Below are positions 1 to 8,752 of a stretch of 64,000 nt of DNA, piece by piece. The stretch's first letter is position 1. Every line of letters starts with the position of its first letter. The DNA is from a virus. The notes beneath the pieces are model-generated. The model saw nothing but the letters and a program-made list of their open reading frames with translations, made no database searches and was not told the origin of the DNA. The stretch covers positions 62,876 through 126,875 of the IMG/VR virus record IMGVR_UViG_3300037475_000240; one strand, written 5' to 3'. A program made the position numbers and the translations under genes.

Positions 1-537
1 GGGTTTCACTTTGCCAGTCAACAATAAAGCATGATAAAGAGCAACAGCAATGCCATCCGCCATATCATAATTTTCTATTTTTATTTTACCTTTTTTGTTA
101 AACTGGTAAGGGAATGTAATTCCTAAATGTTTAGCGACAAGCTCGGGCATTTGTTCTTTTTTTGGGAAGATATTATTTTCTTTTAATCCGTGCCTAATAG
201 ACATCACATTAAACATATCTGGACTGGCTTTTAAATAATCATAGGCTAATAAACAAACCATTCTATTAAATGTAGTTAACATAATAATTGTTTTAGCAGT
301 ACTTTTGCCTTGCATAAATTGAATAATTTCTTCAATACCAATATAGTCTGGTTTTATTTCTTCTATAATAGACTTTATCTTATTTCTAGTATCAACTACT
401 CTTTCTATAATAGAACCTTTTTTTAAAGGCTTTAAATAATTAGCAGAAATAAATTTAATTTCGTTATCATCTACTTCTAATACACAATATCCTATACATG
501 AACTAGAACAATCTATACCTAAAACAATTTTACTCAT
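1..537 (-). CDS. RuvC-like Holliday junction resolvase (3' end runs off the window)
   Basis: Hand translation from ATG 537: MSKIVLGIDCSSSCIGYC...IGIEE...YDMADGIAVA, RNase H/RuvC acidic motifs; no stop before position 1. Confidence 0.75.
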   Translation of the reverse strand, partial: MSKIVLGIDCSSSCIGYCVLEVDDNEIKFISANYLKPLKKGSIIERVVDTRNKIKSIIEEIKPDYIGIEEIIQFMQGKSTAKTIIMLTTFNRMVCLLAYDYLKASPDMFNVMSIRHGLKENNIFPKKEQMPELVAKHLGITFPYQFNKKGKIKIENYDMADGIAVALYHALLLTGKVKP

Positions 538-553
538 AGAGTATTATATAACA

Positions 554-585
554 AATAAAAAAGGGATACATCACTGTATCCCTTT
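554..585 (-). terminator. Rho-independent terminator after the SSB gene
   Basis: Hairpin AAAGGGATACA-tcac-TGTATCCCTTT (560-585) followed by a T-run on the minus strand. Confidence 0.75.
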
Positions 586-613
586 CTTCACACTTCATTT
601 AAGCTATTAAAGC

Positions 614-1294
614 TTATTGTCCATCATAAGCTGGAAAAGAACCATCCAACTCTTCATCGTCAGTCATGCTAACGGTTGGGGCTTTTACGGCTGGCTTTAC
701 AGCTGCAGTAACGGCACCAGTTGAACCACCATTAATCTTGTCAATTCTCTTTTGAACCAAATCAGGAGTTGGTGGAGTTACTTTACGCTTCAATTCATCT
801 AAATCAGCACTATCTTTGATAACTTGATCCGCGGCAGATAATGGCTCTTTTGGTACTGGTTGTACTGAATAGTATCCAGTTGCGCCACCTTGTTTGTCAA
901 CTACGATATTAAGATCGTACTTGGTTGGATCTCCCCATTTTGGATTCTTGGCTAATTTTCTAACTGTAGAAAAAATAGCATAAGAAATATCTAAAATCTT
1001 ATAGGTATTAGTCTTACGGCTAATTACGCCAAGCAACCAACGTGGCTTTGCTTTATCTCCCATATCACACAATGGACAGCTGCCATGAACAGCTGAACAA
1101 TATACTTTTTGACCAAACTTGTCAGTTTCGTCTTTTTTGTATTTATGAACTAAGAATTGAAAGGGTTGAGTAATAAGTCTAACCTCATTTTCACCCTCAT
1201 CTAATTTAAGCCAAATATCCTTATTTGACTCTTTCTTGTTTCCACCAGTATATACGTCATCACTCCAATTAACTTCACCGAATGTTGTTGTCAT
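614..1294 (-). CDS. gp32-like single-stranded DNA-binding protein
   Basis: WLKLDEGENEVRLI, YC...CPLC zinc motif, GDPTKYDLNI, acidic C-terminal tail; next to recA. Confidence 0.65.
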   Translation of the reverse strand: MTTTFGEVNWSDDVYTGGNKKESNKDIWLKLDEGENEVRLITQPFQFLVHKYKKDETDKFGQKVYCSAVHGSCPLCDMGDKAKPRWLLGVISRKTNTYKILDISYAIFSTVRKLAKNPKWGDPTKYDLNIVVDKQGGATGYYSVQPVPKEPLSAADQVIKDSADLDELKRKVTPPTPDLVQKRIDKINGGSTGAVTAAVKPAVKAPTVSMTDDEELDGSFPAYDGQ

Positions 1295-1373
1295 TTTATT
1301 CTCCTGTTATTATCTATTGTACTATAAGTACTTTTCTATTTAACATTAAACGAACTTATTATCTTTTTAACAC

Positions 1374-1691
1374 TTAACGTGAAAATCTAACATAACGAGT
1401 ACGATTATGATCGGTTGTACGACCAAACTTTACACTAACTTTATTGTTACGTAATCTGCTAACGACTCTATTCAATACTACTCTAAGAGCACTTGGGGAG
1501 CCTGGTAACATAGCAGAATTTTTTCTACCTAAAGTTGATACTAGTGCATTGGTTAAATCGGTCATTGTACCGGTCCAAGCAGTGCCTTTTCTCATACCTT
1601 TTACCACACTTACTACTCCATTAAAAACAACACTTTCTACGCTGTTTTCAACGGTTCTTCTACGTACATTTTTCTTACTATTAGATGCCAT
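1374..1691 (-). CDS. Small basic hypothetical protein (possible DNA binding)
   Basis: 105 aa, Arg/Lys-rich, on the coding strand. Confidence 0.55.
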   Translation of the reverse strand: MASNSKKNVRRRTVENSVESVVFNGVVSVVKGMRKGTAWTGTMTDLTNALVSTLGRKNSAMLPGSPSALRVVLNRVVSRLRNNKVSVKFGRTTDHNRTRYVRFSR

Positions 1692-1722
1692 ATTATGCTC
1701 ACTTTCTTACTATTTTTGTTAT

Positions 1723-2031
1723 TTATTTTGCTTTAAAAAGCAAATTTTTTATTGATAAAACTCTATGTGATGGAAGTAACATTTCAAAAATATTTTCTTT
1801 TGAAATTTGAGTTATAAATGTAACTATATCTTTTAACGCAACTTCAATTTCAGTTGACGATACAAAGCAACCTTTCACTTGAATAAATCCTAAAAGAAGT
1901 TCTGGTTTATCTAAAGACAAGAAATAAATTTTATTTTTACCTTCAGTCATTTCCACTAAATGTGGTGGCTTTTTAGATACTCCACCAACATTTGGTATTC
2001 CTACTACACTTAATCCAATATCACTCGACAT
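1723..2031 (-). CDS. Hypothetical protein
   Basis: Likely start ATG 2031 (MSSDIG), overlapping the end of recA. Confidence 0.55.
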   Translation of the reverse strand: MSSDIGLSVVGIPNVGGVSKKPPHLVEMTEGKNKIYFLSLDKPELLLGFIQVKGCFVSSTEIEVALKDIVTFITQISKENIFEMLLPSHRVLSIKNLLFKAK

Positions 2032-3208
2032 GGGCAGCCTTTCTTCCACGCTTTTTTGGAGCTTCATCAGAAGTGTCTTCAACGTCAATGGATTTTGCTA
2101 ACTTTGCTTGTTGTTCAGCTCTTTTAAGTTCAAGCCTATTATCACGAGCACTAGAAATTTTTTCTTCTAACTCTAAACATAAAGCAGAATCATTCTGTAA
2201 AGCATCACAGAATTTACCAAATCCTACCCACTTATAATCCCCATATTCATGAGATACTGTGCTTGGCTTCTTGACAACGTCATAATCAATCGCTAACTGA
2301 GCGACTTCGATGTGACGATCTATAACACCAATTCCGAAGTCTACTTTAAATTCACATTTTCTTGGCCAAGGACCAAATTTTGATTTTTCTATCGTGGCAC
2401 GGATAGTTTGACCAATTTTATTTTCTTTTTCATCAAGAATCTTAGCATCAGCTCTATTAACTGGTTCAAAATAAACGTTAGCGCTCAAAAAGTGAGCATA
2501 ACTATTTCCGCCAGAGAAAGAATGATCAACGCCATATGGATCCATATTGGCTTTTTTATGATTGATAATAATAAAAGGGATATTAGCTTTGCTAACCTCT
2601 AGTGACAATTTACGAAAAGTTGTAGTTAAAAATCTAGCAAGTAAAGCCATATTCATTTTACCAACAGCTGAAACGTCTTCGCCAGGAGGAATAATTGATC
2701 CTAATGAATCAAGTACAACAATATTAATATTGAATTCTCCTGCTACAATTTTATCTAATAATCCTTCTTTAGATTTACCTTTAAGAATATGTGTCTTAGC
2801 ATCTTCTTTAGGAACACCAAGAACCATTTCAAAACATTTTCTACCATTAACGGCAGTATCTCCTTCAACTAAGATAACTCTTGAAGTATCAACACCTAGA
2901 GCCTCTGCCCAAGTAGGATCAAAAGTACCTTCAGCATCAATAAATAGCTGTTGAGATGTTGGATCTTCTGCTTGAGCTTGTTTCATAGCAATCATTGCCA
3001 TGAGTGTTTTACCTGATCCTGCTGGACCATAATATTGAATAAGTCTTCCTTTTGGCAATCCACCTGAAGACAAAGCATCATCTAATAATAAAGAACCGGT
3101 TTGAATTACTGGTAGTTTTTGACCAATAGTTTCATGTGCAAATTTATAATCTAATTGATCGGCTGAATCTGCATAACTCTTAAAAAACGCATCTAATTTG
3201 TCTGACAT
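2021..3208 (-). CDS. recA: RecA/UvsX recombinase
   Basis: TGSLLLDDALSSGGLPKGRLIQYYGPAGSGKT (Walker A), FIDAEG, VVLDSLG (Walker B); ATG 3208 has a GGAG RBS. Confidence 0.95.
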   Translation of the reverse strand: MSDKLDAFFKSYADSADQLDYKFAHETIGQKLPVIQTGSLLLDDALSSGGLPKGRLIQYYGPAGSGKTLMAMIAMKQAQAEDPTSQQLFIDAEGTFDPTWAEALGVDTSRVILVEGDTAVNGRKCFEMVLGVPKEDAKTHILKGKSKEGLLDKIVAGEFNINIVVLDSLGSIIPPGEDVSAVGKMNMALLARFLTTTFRKLSLEVSKANIPFIIINHKKANMDPYGVDHSFSGGNSYAHFLSANVYFEPVNRADAKILDEKENKIGQTIRATIEKSKFGPWPRKCEFKVDFGIGVIDRHIEVAQLAIDYDVVKKPSTVSHEYGDYKWVGFGKFCDALQNDSALCLELEEKISSARDNRLELKRAEQQAKLAKSIDVEDTSDEAPKKRGRKAAHVE

Positions 3209-3312
3209 TTTATCTCCCACGCTCCGGGACTTGATTTCCTACTAGATTATATCTGACCGCTATTTTACTTATTTTATCTTTAAAAGATTTTTAATTAAAG
3301 CTTATTTTCTAT

Positions 3313-3819
3313 TTATTCCCAGCCCTCAGCCGTTTTTTCTGGCTTTAGACCATATCCTAAGATAGTTCTTCTTAATCCGGCAGCAATATCTTTGTAATGA
3401 TGGTGCGCTCGAATTAATATGTCATATTTTTTTTCTAGTACTACTTTACTACCCTTTGCTTTTGCTAATTTGATTTGTACTGCTTCTACGTCAGTGGAAG
3501 ATTCACCTGCCCACTTTTTCATATCAGCTGTTGTTTTTGATCCATCAGGAGCAGTATACTCCAAGGATACTCTATTTTTTGTACTATTTACTTTAGTCTC
3601 TAGGTAGCCAACTGTCTTGACTATTTTACCTAAGTATTCTGTTAATATATCAGCCCCTCTTAAAGATTGTTGTTGCAACATTTCGGCATGTGCCAAATCA
3701 ATTGCATCTTCAATTTGAAGTTTTGATAATACTTGCTGTATTTCAGTTAAATCAAAACTTATAAAGTCTTCTTCTAACTGATCTCCTAACAAATCACCAA
3801 GTCTTACTTGTTCACTCAT
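3313..3819 (-). CDS. Helical protein, possibly a UvsY-like recombination mediator
   Basis: Coiled-coil character and position upstream of recA; function is inference only. Confidence 0.35.
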   Translation of the reverse strand: MSEQVRLGDLLGDQLEEDFISFDLTEIQQVLSKLQIEDAIDLAHAEMLQQQSLRGADILTEYLGKIVKTVGYLETKVNSTKNRVSLEYTAPDGSKTTADMKKWAGESSTDVEAVQIKLAKAKGSKVVLEKKYDILIRAHHHYKDIAAGLRRTILGYGLKPEKTAEGWE

Positions 3820-3872
3820 GGTGTCTTACCTCTTAATATAAACTGCTGAACTTTTTCTCGACAAATAAATTA

Positions 3873-4196
3873 TTATTTGTTTTTTAATTTTTCGTCATAT
3901 TCAGCAATTTTTGCTTTCATTTGACTACATATATCGGTTACTTGGTCTTGCATTAATCTTAAATGTTGATGCTGCATCAGTGACATTAAAAATAAAAATA
4001 CTTCAAAACTTGTTTGCCGTTTGCTGGGTGGTTTTAAAAAAATAATAATTCCACTAGCATCTGTTTCAAACAAATCCATAAATAAATCTTCACCTTTATT
4101 AGTTAATGTAGTGTAAGATTTAACTATTTTTTCGTACATACCCCATTCGTCTTGAGTCATTTCAAGTCTTTTATTATCTACAACTCTAATTGACAT
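3873..4196 (-). CDS. Hypothetical protein
   Basis: ATG 4196 with AAGGA RBS (MSIRVVDNKR). Confidence 0.6.
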   Translation of the reverse strand: MSIRVVDNKRLEMTQDEWGMYEKIVKSYTTLTNKGEDLFMDLFETDASGIIIFLKPPSKRQTSFEVFLFLMSLMQHQHLRLMQDQVTDICSQMKAKIAEYDEKLKNK

Positions 4197-4204
4197 AATT
4201 ATCC

Positions 4205-4525
4205 TTACACATAATATATACAAACGGCACATGATAATTCTTCTGGATCATCATAATTAACGTCTCCTACTAAAATTACTTTATCTTCAGGACAATCATC
4301 ATTCAATTGAATTACAGAATTTATATCAAAAGAGCATTCAGCCTTTAATTTTTTTTCTGAAATAGGATTAACAATAACTGTATTTACTTTTATATCCCAT
4401 CTCTCAATACTTATCCAAGCATCAATAAATTTAGTCTTTTCACAATAAACACAATGCGGATGAATATGATTTAATCCTGACTCAGCGAAGTCGATAAATT
4501 TTAAAATTTCTTGTTTAGTAAACAT
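4205..4525 (-). CDS. Hypothetical protein
   Basis: 106-aa ORF in a packed operon. Confidence 0.55.
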   Translation of the reverse strand: MFTKQEILKFIDFAESGLNHIHPHCVYCEKTKFIDAWISIERWDIKVNTVIVNPISEKKLKAECSFDINSVIQLNDDCPEDKVILVGDVNYDDPEELSCAVCIYYV

Positions 4526-4533
4526 ATTATACT

Positions 4534-5301
4534 TTAACCTGACCTTGAAAAACTATTTTTTCCACGACTGGCGCCGGATTCAAAATTATCTCTAGAATTA
4601 GCTACGCGATCGTGCATTTGTTGCAATTTTAATAAATCTTTATTTGAAGTTAATCCACCTTTAGAGTTAGCCATAGCCAACACTGCCGCTGGAATTTCAT
4701 CATCATTAGTATCTAATAAAGAAGAAGCGATTGGGTTATCATATTGCATCATAGATCCTAATTCAGCTAGCTCTTCAGGATCTGCCCCTTCTCCGTCATT
4801 TTCAGATATGAGCGCAGCTCCAGAACTTGATCCTGCTTTTTTGATTTGGGCTGCCAAGCTTTTAAGATGTTGAGTTTTGTCGGCAGTATTTTTGAATCCA
4901 TCAATATTTGGTCTAACTGCTTCGGCTCTTTTAAAAAATTCATCCGTCTTCTGATCGGATTGAATTTTCTTCACCTCCACTTCTTCCTCTTCACCATTAG
5001 CGGATTTTACTTTAACAACAGTTGTTTTTTCTAACTTAGTATTTAAATCTTCAACTATAGATTTAGGTAAGAAATTAATTAGTGTAGGAGAATCAGTTTT
5101 TACATACGAGTGATTTAATAACATCCAATCATTAAGTTGATCTGGGTATGCAGACAAGCTCTCTATTGTAGCACTTAAAGTTAAGAATAAAGTCTTAAGT
5201 TGCTCATCCATAATTTCTGCGCCGCAAAAAGGACACTTGTTAGTATCAATTGCGTGTTTCCATTTTGGATTAATTTCGGTTTCACAAGATTTACATTTCA
5301 T
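4534..5301 (-). CDS. Zinc-ribbon protein
   Basis: N-terminal CKSC...CPFC. Confidence 0.6.
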   Translation of the reverse strand: MKCKSCETEINPKWKHAIDTNKCPFCGAEIMDEQLKTLFLTLSATIESLSAYPDQLNDWMLLNHSYVKTDSPTLINFLPKSIVEDLNTKLEKTTVVKVKSANGEEEEVEVKKIQSDQKTDEFFKRAEAVRPNIDGFKNTADKTQHLKSLAAQIKKAGSSSGAALISENDGEGADPEELAELGSMMQYDNPIASSLLDTNDDEIPAAVLAMANSKGGLTSNKDLLKLQQMHDRVANSRDNFESGASRGKNSFSRSG

Positions 5302-5373
5302 TATTCGCTCACTTTATTTATATCTGCATATAAATTTAATAATTTAGATTTTATGACTTTTAAATTATTCATT

Positions 5374-6261
5374 TTATTTCTTTCTTGGTCTTCCTCTTTT
5401 AGGTTTTTCAGACAAAGCTGAATCTGCTTTATTAAGTGCATTATATAGTCCAACAAATACTGGACTATCATGAAGAGATAATGAAGCGTCTGAAGATCCA
5501 AGAAAACTACTGGAGGCATAGTTAGTAGAGTAGGTATAATTTTGTGGATTTAAATCCGAACATAATTGTACGCCTCCAGTAGATTCTGGAATTCCATTAA
5601 ATGAAAGACTAGAAAAATTGACTTTAGTGGGAAAGTCAGAATTTACTATAAATAATTCATTTGATAACGTTTGTTGTAGGTCTTCCACTTCTGAAAAATT
5701 AGCTTCTTCCATACTAACTTCAGACGTTACGAGGACACCTTCATCGCCGAGGCGAATTTGATTTACCAGCCCTTGGTCAGTTTTTTTTCCTGACTCATTA
5801 GTCCCTACAAAAGTTTCTGTGTTGTCTGTAATTGTTTCCCATACCTCTGGCTCAGGAATAAATGCACATGGAACAGGTTTCTCAACATTAGTTGGAAGAA
5901 ACTTTTTAAAGTGCTTCTGTACTTCCTCTGGTTTTGGTTTATTTCTGGAATACTTAGGCTGATCTTGCCCGATTAACTTTAATTGAAAATTAGATAATAT
6001 ATAACCAGCAAAATCTTCTACGGTCGAATTATTTTTACTAAATTCAATTGTCTTTTTTAGAAAGATGGCTAAACTATTATCTTGTTGAGTTTCTTCTGAA
6101 GTAGGAGGTGCAAAAATATCTTCATCATCCTCTACTAAAATTGTTCCTGTTTCTGTTTGAAAGGCATTTACTGGCATTTTATCTTTTTTAAACCAACGCC
6201 ATGCTGTTAAATAGCTGACACCTCTTTTATCACACCACTCAGATAATTTTATAGTTTTCAT
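5374..6261 (-). CDS. DNA-binding protein with IS607/MerR-type HTH and C-terminal AT-hook
   Basis: KLSEWCDKRGVSYLTAWRWFK...QTETGTILV; ends PKRGRPRKK. Confidence 0.6.
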   Translation of the reverse strand: MKTIKLSEWCDKRGVSYLTAWRWFKKDKMPVNAFQTETGTILVEDDEDIFAPPTSEETQQDNSLAIFLKKTIEFSKNNSTVEDFAGYILSNFQLKLIGQDQPKYSRNKPKPEEVQKHFKKFLPTNVEKPVPCAFIPEPEVWETITDNTETFVGTNESGKKTDQGLVNQIRLGDEGVLVTSEVSMEEANFSEVEDLQQTLSNELFIVNSDFPTKVNFSSLSFNGIPESTGGVQLCSDLNPQNYTYSTNYASSSFLGSSDASLSLHDSPVFVGLYNALNKADSALSEKPKRGRPRKK

Positions 6262-6392
6262 GTCTTACCTTTGAAGTACCATCTAATAAATTTTGTTTAA
6301 CAGATAATGGTCTTAAATTGTCTAATACCTAACATTGTTGCAATATATCATCATTACAATAAATATTGCAACGTAAGCATATCTATATTTCA
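6260..6392 (-). pseudogene. Decayed C-terminal remnant of an HNH-type homing endonuclease
   Basis: Broken frames read *NID...QQC*VLDNLRPLSVKQNLLDGTSKVRH, resembling the phage HNH pattern WxIDH...CWxLxNLRPLxxxxN. Confidence 0.4.
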
Positions 6393-6444
6393 CATTATTG
6401 ATAGACTTGAAATAAAATCTATTCAACATACATCATATATATCA

Positions 6445-7704
6445 TCAATCATTTACATCTTCATCCAAGTCAATTAGCCCTTCATCATACAAGGCATCTT
6501 CAATTCTTTCCATTAAGTTAGTGAGATCATTAGGATTTTCGATTACATTTTCATTTATTGCGGCGGCACCTTTGGCTTTAGCTAGCTTTAAATTAACTTT
6601 TTTAGGCTTTAAATCTGCTGGAACTGCTGGTTGAACAGATAAATCAAACAATTGATTTAATATAATTCCAATATCATCTTCATAAATATTGGTAGTACCA
6701 GAAAAGCTTAATGCAATGCCCGTATCAAATTCCGCCTTACTATTTACTTCTTTAATACGCTTTTGTACGTCTGCCCACCTATCTGGGAAAATAGTGCAAG
6801 AACACTGCTCACCATTCTTATCTTCGATAATAGCCTTAATCATTGGCATGCCGTAGTATTTGCTAGTTTCTTTTTTTACCTTAAATTCGAAAAAACTTCT
6901 AATAATACAGTTTACTGGCTCAATTGTAGATTTATTTCCCGCCTTTTTAATATCTTTGATTGTTCTATGATCCCCGGCAAAGAAAGCCTTGTAAGCTTGA
7001 TATGGCTTACAAATAAAGGACTCGTTTAAGTAAAACTGTTCTAACGCATATTTTTCTGATAAACTCCAATCTTGTTCGTTTACCCAAGGATAAATAAAAT
7101 CTTCCTTAGATGGATCATGTTTTTTCATCCAAACTTGTAGTTTCTTTCTATAATCTGAACAATATAAAAACATATGTTTTCTAGAAATATTAAAACTATC
7201 TAAGCAGCCTGAAGCTGCCAAAGCTTGAATTGTATTAGCTCTTACCTTCTTTGAATCTACTCTTGACATAAAATCTAAGAATGAAGTAAATGGTCTCTTA
7301 GTAATAATATCATTAATAGCATCTTCACCTACATACTTCAATGCATCCAAACCCGTAATTAATTTATCTTCACCTTCCATTGTATAGGACAATAGTGACT
7401 TATTTATGTCTGGGGCAATAATTTTTACTTTATGTTGTCTAATTTCTTTCTTAATTTTTTCAATATTTGCTTTTGCATCTGGAGAATTTGATTTTACTTC
7501 CATCATTAAATTAGATAATAAAAATTCAATAGGATAATGTGCTTTCAAATACGCAGTTTTATAACTTGTCATAGAGTATAAAACAGAATGTGAATTAGAT
7601 GTCAGCATCCCATTAGATAAATAAAACTGATGATCTGGATGATTAACTTCTAAATCATAAGTTTGAAAATTACCGACTGGTGTTATTTTTTTAATATTAC
7701 CCAT
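6445..7704 (-). CDS. dnaE: DNA polymerase III alpha, C-terminal half, fused to split-intein IntC
   Basis: IntC followed by SHSVLYSMTSYKTAYLKAHYP, PDINKS, HhH and OB-fold regions; ATG 7704 has an AGGTGA RBS. Confidence 0.92.
   Translation of the reverse strand: MGNIKKITPVGNFQTYDLEVNHPDHQFYLSNGMLTSNSHSVLYSMTSYKTAYLKAHYPIEFLLSNLMMEVKSNSPDAKANIEKIKKEIRQHKVKIIAPDINKSLLSYTMEGEDKLITGLDALKYVGEDAINDIITKRPFTSFLDFMSRVDSKKVRANTIQALAASGCLDSFNISRKHMFLYCSDYRKKLQVWMKKHDPSKEDFIYPWVNEQDWSLSEKYALEQFYLNESFICKPYQAYKAFFAGDHRTIKDIKKAGNKSTIEPVNCIIRSFFEFKVKKETSKYYGMPMIKAIIEDKNGEQCSCTIFPDRWADVQKRIKEVNSKAEFDTGIALSFSGTTNIYEDDIGIILNQLFDLSVQPAVPADLKPKKVNLKLAKAKGAAAINENVIENPNDLTNLMERIEDALYDEGLIDLDEDVND
7594..7704 (-). mobile_element. 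Split intein C-fragment (37 aa)
   Basis: MGNIKKITPVGNFQTYDLEVNHPDHQFYLSNGMLTSN/S: block F (TYDLEV..H.F), terminal Asn, +1 Ser. Confidence 0.9.
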
Positions 7705-8752
7705 ATACTTCACCTATCTTATAAATTCCTGGTTGATTATCATTAAGTATCTTTAATAATCTATCTAAACACTCTTGTTTAAAATATGAATTATCTATTT
7801 TTTCTTTATTAATTTGTTTAGTTGAATATTTAAATTGATCATGAGATATTCTAATTAATAAATAATTATGTTCTTTAATAAAAATTTCTACTTCTTGATC
7901 TCTAGTTTGATTTTTGATTAAAATTTCTTCACCAAAAATATCTTTAAAATGAATAGCTCCATCAAACTCTATAAATATTTTGTTTGTATTATCTTTAATA
8001 TCTATTTGTCTTCTTAATGACTTAGAAGAAAAAGCCTTTGAATTAATAAATTGATTTCTTTTAAAATCAAATCCTGGTAAAGAAACCACAAAATCAAATA
8101 ATATTTTTTCTGGTTTACTTTGAAAAGAAGAAATCATTGGAACAATACATTTTTCGTAAAAATCTTCTGGATTTTCATCTCTCCATTTTTGTAATTGTTT
8201 AGTTCTTTGTTCTAAAATTTCGGGGCGGGCAGAAGTTTTTTTAGCAGCTTCAGACGCTTTTGTTTTCATTACATCAGATTGATTAACTTCTGTCATCACT
8301 TTAGCGCGCCGTTGGCGCTCTTCTGGATTATTTATAATGGCAGCTTTTACTCCTATACTAACTTTCTCCCAATATTCTGTTAAATCTGTACCGTTTTCAA
8401 TAGCTTGATGTAGCCAAGAATTTTCTGAAGCATTTTTAGCATATTTTTGTGAAGACTTTTCAGAAGTAGTAGTTCCTTCATAATCTTTTGGATTAATATT
8501 GTGTATCTTTTTTAAATGAATTCCTAAATTTTGAGCATGAAAATTACAAATTTTACACACAACAAAATCAATACCTTCTATTAAGTTTTTACTATCTTCA
8601 ATACATTGTTTTAAATGAACTATTATTGTGTCTTTTGATCTACATTTATAGTTGCAATATTGACAATAATAGTCAAGTCTTCCTTTATTATCTTCCACAA
8701 TGGAAGCATCTCCCCACTCTCCTCTACGCGAAATTTGTGGCTCATTGTACAT
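7697..8752 (-). CDS. Free-standing homing endonuclease (zinc fingers plus Vsr/DUF559-like domain)
   Basis: CQYC..HLKQC and CKIC..HLKKIH; C-terminal SKPE...IDI...IEFDGAIHF...RD...LIRI; sits between the split dnaE halves. Confidence 0.8.
   Translation of the reverse strand: MYNEPQISRRGEWGDASIVEDNKGRLDYYCQYCNYKCRSKDTIIVHLKQCIEDSKNLIEGIDFVVCKICNFHAQNLGIHLKKIHNINPKDYEGTTTSEKSSQKYAKNASENSWLHQAIENGTDLTEYWEKVSIGVKAAIINNPEERQRRAKVMTEVNQSDVMKTKASEAAKKTSARPEILEQRTKQLQKWRDENPEDFYEKCIVPMISSFQSKPEKILFDFVVSLPGFDFKRNQFINSKAFSSKSLRRQIDIKDNTNKIFIEFDGAIHFKDIFGEEILIKNQTRDQEVEIFIKEHNYLLIRISHDQFKYSTKQINKEKIDNSYFKQECLDRLLKILNDNQPGIYKIGEVYG

Noticed and set aside
5374-6261. Active IS607 element
   Set aside because: No serine-recombinase catalytic domain and no tnpB.
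6329-6331. TAG in the HNH remnant as another read-through site
   Set aside because: The region also has TGA/TAA stops and a frameshift, so it is ordinary decay.
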